A program made the translations under genes and the position numbers. Shown here piece after piece: positions 1 through 7,830 of a stretch of DNA of 64,000 nt. Each line of letters opens with the position of its first letter. Positions within the stretch are counted from its first letter, which is position 1. The notes beneath the pieces were generated by a model. It was not told where the DNA came from. It worked only from the letters and a program-made list of their open reading frames with translations, and did no database searches. The stretch is taken from positions 1 through 64,000 of IMG/VR virus record IMGVR_UViG_3300023174_002543; one strand, written 5' to 3'.

Positions 1-167
1 GCGCCTGTAAACGTGCCCGGACTCCCCGTGCCTCCCGGATACGTACCCGAGCCACCGCCGCCGCCTAAGCCTCCACCAGCGCCGCCGCCGCCACCGGACC
101 CACCAACACTACACGCACATGCACCGCATGCTATCAATCTACGTTTTTTTATGTTATCTGAATTCAT
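1..167 (-). CDS. C-terminal half of split gp38-like adhesin no.1, with conserved Cys-rich leader (runs off the window edge)
   Basis: Not in the ORF track. Manual translation from ATG at 167: MNSDNIKKRRLIACGACACSVGGSGGGGGAGGGLGGGGGSGTYPGGTGSPGTFTG... SD-like GGAG in GGAGAATACTAATATG. Paralog of 6145..6561. Confidence 0.85.
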   Translation of the reverse strand, partial: MNSDNIKKRRLIACGACACSVGGSGGGGGAGGGLGGGGGSGTYPGGTGSPGTFTG

Positions 168-171
168 ATTA
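111..171. repeat. Direct repeat copy 1 encoding the KKRRLIACGACAC leader (copy 2 at 6505..6565)
   Basis: 111..152 is identical to 6505..6546 over 42 nt; 58/61 nt match over the full span. Confidence 0.95.
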
Positions 172-882
172 GTATTCTCCACCACCACCGCCACCGCCAC
201 CACCACCGGCGCCAATCAAACCTAGATTGGATATTGATGTGCTATATCCCACATATAATGCAGGTCCACCTCCACCACCCGAAGCTCCGGCGTTGCCTCC
301 TGCAACACCAATTGGTCCATTGCCGCCAGCACCGCCATTACCGCCTCTACCTACTATACAACCTTTATTTATGAGCGTTAAACTTGAACCTGCAGGAAAT
401 GATGGTGATATATAGAACGCATACGAACCGGTACTAGATGATACCACAAATTGACCCACATCAATAGTAACCGTAAATGCTAGAGGTGATGATCCTCCCC
501 AACCCAATGATATAGCAGTAGCCCTCATATCAAAATTATACGTAGTACCTGATATAAGATATGAAAGGGTAGTCAGACACGAAGGGCTATTTGCAATATT
601 ACTATTATAAGATCCAAATCTACCATCCGATAATGTTCGAACTAACGTACTGCCACTACAAACTTGATTTAATAATGTACCATACGGTTCAGGACCGGCT
701 TTATTACGCATGTCATTCATTGAGATAGCACCAGATGGTCTAGCCGCTAGTACTCTAACTAGATAATCATTGAATGATATAGTATTTGTTGGATAATTAG
801 TGGAGCCACTGGCGTTATTAGTCACATTTAGTGCTGTTCTAACGTCACTTGCTCTTATTATTCCGGATGGAGTAGTACTCAT
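169..882 (-). CDS. N-terminal half of Gly-rich gp38-like tail-fibre adhesin no.1
   Basis: LTLINKGCIVGRGGNGG...ISNLGLIGAGGGGGGGG matches the T-even gp38 glycine-rich motif layout. It ends in the poly-Gly run. Paralog of 6576..7277. Confidence 0.75.
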   Translation of the reverse strand: MSTTPSGIIRASDVRTALNVTNNASGSTNYPTNTISFNDYLVRVLAARPSGAISMNDMRNKAGPEPYGTLLNQVCSGSTLVRTLSDGRFGSYNSNIANSPSCLTTLSYLISGTTYNFDMRATAISLGWGGSSPLAFTVTIDVGQFVVSSSTGSYAFYISPSFPAGSSLTLINKGCIVGRGGNGGAGGNGPIGVAGGNAGASGGGGGPALYVGYSTSISNLGLIGAGGGGGGGGGGEY

Positions 883-886
883 CTTA

Positions 887-894
887 TATTTATT
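887..894 (-). promoter_or_regulatory. T4-type late promoter (AATAAATA), 4 nt before the ATG at 882
   Basis: Matches the TATAAATA late consensus; a gp55 homolog is encoded in the window. Confidence 0.55.
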
Positions 895-938
895 AAATAA
901 TAACCTTGACTATTTTGAAGTAGCATGTTAGGGTAGGT

Positions 939-946
939 TATAAATA
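939..946 (+). promoter_or_regulatory. T4-type late promoter (TATAAATA), 5 nt before the ATG at 952
   Basis: Perfect TATAAATA, divergent from the promoter at 887..894. Confidence 0.6.
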
Positions 947-951
947 TAACT

Positions 952-1614
952 ATGAAAGCAGTTATTATTTGGTCAGGTGGCAAAGATAGTGCATATGCAC
1001 TCTATAAGGCGCGGCAACAAGGAATCGATGTAAAGTACGCTATTACCGGTTACTTTAGAGATATGCTGGTTCCGCCTACAGAAGAAACGATTAAAGCACA
1101 GACTGCAGCAGTCGGATTAGAAAGTATAATACTATATTCCGATTTAATTACGTTTCAAATCGCAGTAGAACAAAAACTCAAAGAATTGATTGACAAAGAA
1201 AATATCGATTGTGTAATCCACGGCGAAGGTCATTCTATGTCTAATATAATTTGGTTTAGGGATATGTGCCGAACGTTAAAAGTCAAACCTATATTACCAG
1301 TGTTTACTATCCCTACCATTGATTTGATGAATGAATTATTTGACAATAATTTTAAATTTATAATAACTCGGTTTGTTGTAGCAGGGTTTGACGATCCTAT
1401 AGTAGCTGAATACGCCGGTAAAGATTATACTAGAAAAATTCTAAATGAAGTATTATCATCTTATCCACCAGAAGAACATGGTCTTGCACTTTCATCTAAT
1501 CCATTTGGTCCATCTGGATTGTTACAGACTTTTGTTTATGACGGGCCTATATTTACTAATCCGATATCGGTTAATTTAGAAATTAAACAGTTTGGTAGGG
1601 TAGTGCTACGTTAA
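952..1614 (+). CDS. Diphthine-ammonia ligase (Dph6)-like PP-loop ATP pyrophosphatase
   Basis: N-terminal PP-loop WSGGKDS, central CRTLKVKPILP and C-terminal QTFVYDGPIF motifs typical of the diphthamide synthase/DUF71 family. Confidence 0.75.
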   Translation: MKAVIIWSGGKDSAYALYKARQQGIDVKYAITGYFRDMLVPPTEETIKAQTAAVGLESIILYSDLITFQIAVEQKLKELIDKENIDCVIHGEGHSMSNIIWFRDMCRTLKVKPILPVFTIPTIDLMNELFDNNFKFIITRFVVAGFDDPIVAEYAGKDYTRKILNEVLSSYPPEEHGLALSSNPFGPSGLLQTFVYDGPIFTNPISVNLEIKQFGRVVLR

Positions 1615-2623
1615 AGACTTTGGCAAATTCATTAGTATAATCTACATTCAAATAATTTTTATTTAAATAAACTTCAGGTACACGCAAATCAATATTGATC
1701 GGGTATATGATTCCTTCTTTTTCTAAAACAGTTAGTGTGAAAAAAGTAGATGAAATTCCTAAGCCAACAATTACTTCAGTCAATATAGATTTAAGGTGTT
1801 CAGGACATGATACAAAATTTACAGTATCTTGACTCAAATCTAAACTATGCGTAACACTACCGATTGCAACAATTTTCTTTCCTGCAACAGTTTCTCGTAA
1901 CATAAAGGGACACAATGAATCGGTGTCCTCACTATACAAATATTCGTCCCATGTAAAATTATTTGAATAAGAATTTGTTATTTGTCTTTCATAAGAAATT
2001 GTATTTTCAGTACATGATTGACAATAATCATATAAAGGTGTTAATGTTACTTTTTTATGTTTAGCTATGAAATCTGATGCCTGTTCTTTATTAGAAGGAA
2101 CAACAAATTCTAATTGCCTAATGTTTAAGTTTTTTTCACAAGTATGCGTCAAGTACTGTGCTAATATTGCTTTATTAGTAATAGTTAAGTCACCACCCAA
2201 ATCAGCTATTCTATATCTTGCGTTCTCTGAAAAATACTTAAAAGACTTATAATTAATATAAATGAATCTATCGTAGAGTGATACTGGATTATAAATTAAT
2301 TTTACTCGTTTATCATTGACTAATGGAAGTAGTATATCTACCAAATATGGATATTTAGTAAAATCAGTATCATCTATGTATACCAAAGCGCATCCTGGAT
2401 TTTCATTTGACTTTTTACAAATTTGGTTTTTTTTATATTCTATGATATTACCATTAATCAATCCCAAAACATATTCTTCTAACTTTCCAGATCTGGATAA
2501 GGATTCATACATCTCCTGAGGACAGTCAAATAATATCGGATCTAGATTAAGGTCATAATTGTATATGATTTTGTTTTTTTTAAATGTTATCATCGATGGT
2601 AATGTCATTTGTGGTACTTTCAA
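1583..2623 (-). CDS. ATP-grasp-fold-like protein, degenerate
   Basis: Spacing follows ATP-grasp (NK..L; VVP..EQASDF...KVTLTP; FMLRETVAG; GLG...FFTL...IYPINIDLR), but the canonical KP and E-x-N-x-R residues are substituted. Confidence 0.45.
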   Translation of the reverse strand: MKVPQMTLPSMITFKKNKIIYNYDLNLDPILFDCPQEMYESLSRSGKLEEYVLGLINGNIIEYKKNQICKKSNENPGCALVYIDDTDFTKYPYLVDILLPLVNDKRVKLIYNPVSLYDRFIYINYKSFKYFSENARYRIADLGGDLTITNKAILAQYLTHTCEKNLNIRQLEFVVPSNKEQASDFIAKHKKVTLTPLYDYCQSCTENTISYERQITNSYSNNFTWDEYLYSEDTDSLCPFMLRETVAGKKIVAIGSVTHSLDLSQDTVNFVSCPEHLKSILTEVIVGLGISSTFFTLTVLEKEGIIYPINIDLRVPEVYLNKNYLNVDYTNEFAKVFNVALPYQTV

Positions 2624-3353
2624 TATGAATTAAAGTAGTGTGTATGGAGGAAAATTCAAATATTATATTATTGCCTTTACGGACAGTGGTTCTTCCTAAA
2701 TTATACTTGTCTGTATTTATCGTTTGGTTGGGCGTCAGTATTAATAGATTATCAAACTTAGTTTTGTTACTTAATGAAAACTCTATGGGGTAGTTTACAT
2801 AAGGTTGAATTTCACCAAATGCCGATGGGTTCAATAGTATATCGCAATTTTCATCTAGTACATAATCAACTAGTGTATTATCCATAGTCTCGCTACATAT
2901 CAATGTATTAAATTTTATGTTGTTTAATTCAAACTGTTTAGAAATTACTCCGCCGTATTTAAAGTCTATACAATAAGGATGTGATAGTTTTTTGTGCTGT
3001 TTTTTTTCTTTAATAAGTTGAAAATTATCTTTGTCGATATAGTAGTATGCAGAAACTGTTCCACTATCTGTATGATTGTTATATGCAAATGATCCTATGA
3101 CCATTGTAACACAGTATTGCTTAACTAAGTTATGTAACAATATATGAAATTTTTCCAATGATTGGGTGTTGCATCCTATAACCTCTATAGTTATATCTGA
3201 TGATAACACACAATATCCGGTAAGTGCAAATTCAGGGAATACAACTAATTCTGATCCACTTAGTACAGACCTTATGTAACTTTTTTTTATTTGATTAAAA
3301 TTATACTCAACATTACAAAATTCAATTTGTAAGTGCACCATAGACAATTTCAT
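2580..3353 (-). CDS. Carbon-nitrogen hydrolase (nitrilase superfamily)
   Basis: LVVFPEFALTGY (catalytic Glu), a KKQ region (Lys) and TLICSE (Cys) form a plausible E-K-C triad. Confidence 0.8.
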   Translation of the reverse strand: MKLSMVHLQIEFCNVEYNFNQIKKSYIRSVLSGSELVVFPEFALTGYCVLSSDITIEVIGCNTQSLEKFHILLHNLVKQYCVTMVIGSFAYNNHTDSGTVSAYYYIDKDNFQLIKEKKQHKKLSHPYCIDFKYGGVISKQFELNNIKFNTLICSETMDNTLVDYVLDENCDILLNPSAFGEIQPYVNYPIEFSLSNKTKFDNLLILTPNQTINTDKYNLGRTTVRKGNNIIFEFSSIHTTLIHIESTTNDITIDDNI

Positions 3354-3808
3354 TTTTTATTTGGCCATTCACCTTCCGCAGTGGGCCATATTATATCGTA
3401 GGGGAACCCTGGTTGCTGAGGTACATTACGCAGTTCTTGTCTAAATTTTTTAAATCGTGCAACAGCTTCATCTGAAAAGCCAGCATCAGACATCATTAAC
3501 CAATCACTAGCACGTAATCTTTCATCACGTTCAGCACGAATAGTTCTTGCTTTATCCATTCTTAATTCATCAATAGACCTGGTATCTAATGAACGTATAT
3601 AATCAATATTTTCTATACCTTCAATAATAGCTTTTTTCCTATCTACCGCCCAAACAGGATTAAATCCCTCAATGTATCGAACCAGTGGTTCGCCCTCAAG
3701 ATAACGATTATTTTCAATTGGTAGGTCAATGGCAATAGGATTAGGTAGTGCGTCAAATTTTACAATTAGTTGACCAGTTTCTTCAATAAAATTTAAAATG
3801 CTATACAT
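3350..3808 (-). CDS. Tail fibre assembly chaperone
   Basis: C-terminal IRAERDERLRASDW...FRQELRNVPQQPGFPYDIIWP motif. Confidence 0.85.
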   Translation of the reverse strand: MYSILNFIEETGQLIVKFDALPNPIAIDLPIENNRYLEGEPLVRYIEGFNPVWAVDRKKAIIEGIENIDYIRSLDTRSIDELRMDKARTIRAERDERLRASDWLMMSDAGFSDEAVARFKKFRQELRNVPQQPGFPYDIIWPTAEGEWPNKK

Positions 3809-3815
3809 TAACTTG

Positions 3816-5246
3816 TTATTCCGTAACTAGTGTTGGCATTTCATGTATGCCGTATTCTATTAATTCTACATCTTCATTAAACAAAATCCTAAATGATGCT
3901 TTTTGAATTTCTCCATACCAAATTTTTTCAACTTTACAATTTGTATAAAACGTTTCATCCGGTAACTTTATAGGACAACTGCTTCTACAAAGTAACTTAT
4001 TAGGGCAATTGCCACAGTGTGATTGCTTATCATTTAATGACAATGATAGTATACGAATACCTTTAATATTGTTTAGTGACCCGTATATATGGTCTTTGTC
4101 TGTATGGGGGCAAGTACGTATCATACCATCTACGTCTAATGAAATCACGTCCTGCATGTCAGCACCGCAGTTAGTTTTTTCTAATATAGGTTCACCTTGA
4201 ATCAATTTCCTAGCAAATTCTAATGCAGAATATGCGACTTGTTCTTCCATTAAATCACACAATAATAGCGGAAGTTCTTCAACTGATTTTTCATATATTG
4301 TAGGTGCACCGTCTACAAAACTTTCAATATATTGTTTATAGTGTTGTGACAAGAATTCACGCAATATCATTCTAAATTTATCAAGATTCTCACCATGTAT
4401 TACGTGTGTGAAACTCTCACTCTTTGGACCTTCAGTGGGTACTTCATTATCAATGATGTTACAACCCAAAGCATTTGCTGGATTATATGATGCTGATTCT
4501 TGGTATGTTCTACCCAACGAAAATTGAAGTGAACGAGACTTAAGACCGTTTTCTATAATTTTGTTTCTAAAGAAATCATTTATCTCAAACAAATCAAAAT
4601 TAGTATTTGTTACTGAACAAGAGAAGCCGTATACTATATGAGGTATCTCATCAAACATACGTAATGTTTCAATTACTCGAGGTCTGTTAAAAATTTCATC
4701 ACCACGTAATTGTTGTTGCTTCTCTGCATCATGTGACAAGTTCATGTTAATCATATAACATTTTATTGTTCTAAAAAACTCAGCATGTTTTGGAGACAAT
4801 GCTGAACCATTAGTAGAGATAACAAAGGTTACATTTTCATTTTCAAAGAACTTCATTATCTCTTGCATGTCATTCCAATATAAGAAGGGTTCACCTCCCC
4901 AAAGTTCAACACGTTTTAAATTAGACAAGTCTAAGTTATCTTTGATGTTTTGAAAGAATCGTTCTAAGTTTTCTCGTTTTGGTAATTCATTAGGATTACC
5001 TATATCTTTTTGCATACAATAAGTGCAACTGTAGTTACATGCATGTCCCATTAAGATACGCAATGCAATTGGCTTATTGTGTTTTTTACGTGAGTTATAA
5101 GTATCTACTGCAAACTTACTATATTCGCTCCAATCTTGGTCAGGAGTCAATTGTATACGTGAGCCGTCAAGTTCATGTAATTTGTTATTTACATTATCAT
5201 AGTAGAATTCTATACCTGATGTTGTTTTAAATTTGCTGTATTTCAT
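3816..5246 (-). CDS. Radical SAM protein with C-terminal SPASM domain (peptide/protein maturase-like)
   Basis: CNYSCTYC (CxxxCxxC), WGGEPF, STNG, and SPASM cysteines CGA...RTCPH...CGNCPNKLLCRSSCP...C. Confidence 0.9.
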   Translation of the reverse strand: MKYSKFKTTSGIEFYYDNVNNKLHELDGSRIQLTPDQDWSEYSKFAVDTYNSRKKHNKPIALRILMGHACNYSCTYCMQKDIGNPNELPKRENLERFFQNIKDNLDLSNLKRVELWGGEPFLYWNDMQEIMKFFENENVTFVISTNGSALSPKHAEFFRTIKCYMINMNLSHDAEKQQQLRGDEIFNRPRVIETLRMFDEIPHIVYGFSCSVTNTNFDLFEINDFFRNKIIENGLKSRSLQFSLGRTYQESASYNPANALGCNIIDNEVPTEGPKSESFTHVIHGENLDKFRMILREFLSQHYKQYIESFVDGAPTIYEKSVEELPLLLCDLMEEQVAYSALEFARKLIQGEPILEKTNCGADMQDVISLDVDGMIRTCPHTDKDHIYGSLNNIKGIRILSLSLNDKQSHCGNCPNKLLCRSSCPIKLPDETFYTNCKVEKIWYGEIQKASFRILFNEDVELIEYGIHEMPTLVTE

Positions 5247-6103
5247 TTTTTAAATAATTCTTTCAAGTCGTTCAGGAAAGGTGCATTAAACATAAACATC
5301 CCCTGTATTTGTGTTCTTTTCTCTGGGAGGGTACAAGTAATCTCTGGAAGTTTTGTCCAATGTAAACTAGGCTTTACATGATGTTCTTGATGATAACCAC
5401 TATTAAAGCAGAAAAAATTATAGAGTTTACCATATGATCCTATAGAGTCGCATCTAAAATTACTATGGTCTACTGCATTATAATGCTCTCCGTAACTGTT
5501 TGCGTTATTAGCAACCAATGTTAAAAATATTACCATGATATAAAACAAAGAATACCAAATATTTACAAACATGATAGATAAGAAATATAATACTATCATT
5601 GTATTTTCTATGCGTAGTTTTTTTCTATCAAGGGTTTTAAATTTAGTAGAGCATGTATTTTCTATGTCACGTTCAGAAATACCAGACAAATCTCTATATA
5701 ATCCATACACGATATATGACCAAACATTTTCACGTTTACCATTTTTACCATAACGATAAAAGGATATAGGATCTTTTACTATACCGTTTTTCTGCATGTC
5801 GTTATTGTATCTATGATGCGTTAAATGATAGTACTTCCATAACTGGAATGGAATAGTTGAGGGCATCCCCACAAATATCTCATATATTCTGTTAAAAATT
5901 TTACTATTGAATATGGGCGTGTGGGTATGATGATGCATTGATGTGTTCATCAATACCACGGTGTATATTATTTGAAATGGAGTTAACAACACCCAAAGCC
6001 AAATATTTTCAATGTAGAGTGCAATACCAAATGGTAACAAAAACCCAACCAATGCATATAGCACTAAAAATATATCTAATATCGAATTTCTAAATACTTT
6101 CAT
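5243..6103 (-). CDS. Membrane fatty acid desaturase family (di-iron His-box) protein
   Basis: His boxes HHHTH, HLTHH and HQEHH, plus hydrophobic transmembrane segments. Confidence 0.85.
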   Translation of the reverse strand: MKVFRNSILDIFLVLYALVGFLLPFGIALYIENIWLWVLLTPFQIIYTVVLMNTSMHHHTHTPIFNSKIFNRIYEIFVGMPSTIPFQLWKYYHLTHHRYNNDMQKNGIVKDPISFYRYGKNGKRENVWSYIVYGLYRDLSGISERDIENTCSTKFKTLDRKKLRIENTMIVLYFLSIMFVNIWYSLFYIMVIFLTLVANNANSYGEHYNAVDHSNFRCDSIGSYGKLYNFFCFNSGYHQEHHVKPSLHWTKLPEITCTLPEKRTQIQGMFMFNAPFLNDLKELFKK

Positions 6104-6108
6104 TAAAG

Positions 6109-6116
6109 TATTTATC
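6109..6116 (-). promoter_or_regulatory. Late promoter (GATAAATA), 5 nt before the desaturase ATG; heads the tailoring-enzyme operon
   Basis: GATAAATA-CTTTA-ATG with no SD. Confidence 0.55.
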
Positions 6117-6144
6117 CTTATAGTACTATCCTCATTTAAATAAA

Positions 6145-6561
6145 TTAACTCACTGCTCCGTGCCTAGTCCCGGTTACTATCCAGTTTACATTACTGTTAC
6201 CTACAATTGCAGCACCGGCCGCACCACCTGCACCACCATAGCCAGTACCATTACCAGTGCTGTTGCCGCCCGCTGCACCAGACGTGCCTAAGAAACCGCC
6301 GGTGCCACCGGTACCTCCTGTATACCCCGCTACACCACCGGTAATACCGGCACCGCCGGCGCCGCCTCCTGTTGCTGTGCCGTTCGCTCCGGTGCCGCCA
6401 GTTGGTCGGGTACTGCCATTTATGGTAACGGTTACGAGACTCGCACCTCCGGTCGCGCCAAGCCCATTGCCGGCACCTCCTCCCCCTCCTCCTCCGCCCC
6501 AATAACACGCACATGCACCGCATGCTATCAATCTACGTTTTTTTATAATATCTGTATTCAT
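6145..6561 (-). CDS. C-terminal half of split gp38-like adhesin no.2, with conserved Cys-rich leader
   Basis: Starts MNTDIIKKRRLIACGACAC, then poly-Gly; ends GAAIVGNSNVNWIVTGTRHGAVS like gp38-type adhesin C-termini. SD AAGGA upstream. Confidence 0.85.
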   Translation of the reverse strand: MNTDIIKKRRLIACGACACYWGGGGGGGGAGNGLGATGGASLVTVTINGSTRPTGGTGANGTATGGGAGGAGITGGVAGYTGGTGGTGGFLGTSGAAGGNSTGNGTGYGGAGGAAGAAIVGNSNVNWIVTGTRHGAVS

Positions 6562-6565
6562 ATTA
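6505..6565. repeat. Direct repeat copy 2 (leader-encoding)
   Basis: 42-nt exact match to 111..152. Confidence 0.95.
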
Positions 6566-6575
6566 ATATTGTTCC

Positions 6576-7277
6576 TTAGGCGGATGCGCCGCCACCGCCC
6601 CCGCCTCCTCCGCCACCAATAGTACCATTATTAGTTATTGATGTGCTATATCCCACATATAATGCAGGGCCACCGGCGGTGCCGGCACTGCCGGTTATTC
6701 TGGCGGCGCCACCGGCACCAATGCCGCCATCACCACCTTTACCAATTATATAACCATTATTTATGAGTGTTAAACTTGAACCTGCAGGAAATGTAGGAGA
6801 TATATAGACTGCATAAGATCCCGTACTAATTGAGGTAACGTATATGCCGGTTGCAATAGTAAGAGTTGCGTTTACTGCTTGTGTACCATTCCATCCAGCA
6901 TCTACTATAGCTTTTCTTAAGTCAAAATTATTGGTATTTGCTGGAATAGTATAATTATAAGTAAATCCGCAACTGGGGCTGTTTGCTATATCATTTATTG
7001 TAGAACCGTATTTCCCGTCTGCTATTGATTGCCTTAAGGTACTACCGACACAAATGCTACTTAAAACTGTTCCGGATGCTGTGGGGCCGGCTTTGTTACG
7101 CATATCACTCATTGAAATGGTAGATTTATCAGTGGGTTTTCCAGCCAATATTCTAACCAATGAATCATTAAATGTTAGTACAGCCGTGGCGCTTGGGTAA
7201 TTAGTAGATAATCCCTCGTTTAAGGTAGTCTCTACATTCTTAACACTTATAGCATTGGGTGCGGCTGGGGTAGGCAT
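6576..7277 (-). CDS. N-terminal half of Gly-rich gp38-like tail-fibre adhesin no.2
   Basis: LTLINNGYIIGKGGDGG...NNGTIGGGGGGGGG. Shares DNA blocks with 169..882 (e.g. 232..264 = 6636..6668). Confidence 0.75.
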   Translation of the reverse strand: MPTPAAPNAISVKNVETTLNEGLSTNYPSATAVLTFNDSLVRILAGKPTDKSTISMSDMRNKAGPTASGTVLSSICVGSTLRQSIADGKYGSTINDIANSPSCGFTYNYTIPANTNNFDLRKAIVDAGWNGTQAVNATLTIATGIYVTSISTGSYAVYISPTFPAGSSLTLINNGYIIGKGGDGGIGAGGAARITGSAGTAGGPALYVGYSTSITNNGTIGGGGGGGGGGASA

Positions 7278-7278
7278 G

Positions 7279-7830
7279 TTATTTAATATACTCTATAAAT
7301 TCTTCTTTTGTCAAAAATTTTTTCACTATATGTGATTTACATTCAATAATAAACTTATCAATGTATTCTAACAATTTTTCTATAGCACTATCTTTGGTAA
7401 TGAAGACTTCAAATTTTTCAGTTTTATAGTTAAAAATTTCATAATGATGCATTGGATTATTCATTGGTAATTTGTTGTATTCATCTGCACTCTCCAGTAA
7501 ATTGAAATAAGAGTTAGTGTATAATATTTCTTTATTATTATCAGTGTTGAATCGTATTACTGCAATTATGAATTTATGTTTGTTCTGTTGTAGTATTTCT
7601 TCGCGGTTTTCATAGTATAAATGGTCAATGATTATTGACATATTTTTATCTGCTGGTTTAGACGAACCTTGTGTTGGTTCAGTTGGCATATAAATTATAT
7701 TTGCAAATATATCATCATCAATATAATATGTAGAATCTAAAACATTATATGTTGAATCTGTAGGTAACTGATTGATATCATTTACAACAATATCGTATGT
7801 CTTTGATAAATGTTTCACCAAATATATCAT
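7279..7830 (-). CDS. Hypothetical protein, paralog of 8906..9196; possible fibre-associated accessory protein
   Basis: N-terminus MIYLVKH...IVVNDINQLP resembles MIYLLTD...IIVKDMRYLP. Each lies directly upstream of a Gly-rich gene. Confidence 0.6.
   Translation of the reverse strand: MIYLVKHLSKTYDIVVNDINQLPTDSTYNVLDSTYYIDDDIFANIIYMPTEPTQGSSKPADKNMSIIIDHLYYENREEILQQNKHKFIIAVIRFNTDNNKEILYTNSYFNLLESADEYNKLPMNNPMHHYEIFNYKTEKFEVFITKDSAIEKLLEYIDKFIIECKSHIVKKFLTKEEFIEYIK

Noticed and set aside
13-6523. Pro-rich and Arg-rich short ORFs (13..225, 227..415, 6257..6505, 6251..6523)
   Set aside because: Antisense or alternate-frame shadows of Gly codon runs.
6505-6561. Tat signal peptide (KKRRL)
   Set aside because: No SRRxFLK consensus and no hydrophobic h-region follows.
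111-6575. Intron or gene-60-style translational bypass at the adhesin split
   Set aside because: The insert is only ~60-75 nt with no intron core and no obvious matched take-off/landing codon pair, and it keeps an ATG-initiated reading frame. This is less parsimonious than separate ORFs, though not formally excluded.
165-6578. Stop-codon readthrough or alternative genetic code as the explanation for the split adhesins
   Set aside because: Both stops are TAA and the downstream halves are out of frame by different offsets (1 and 14 nt), each with its own SD and ATG. Other genes read normally in the standard code.
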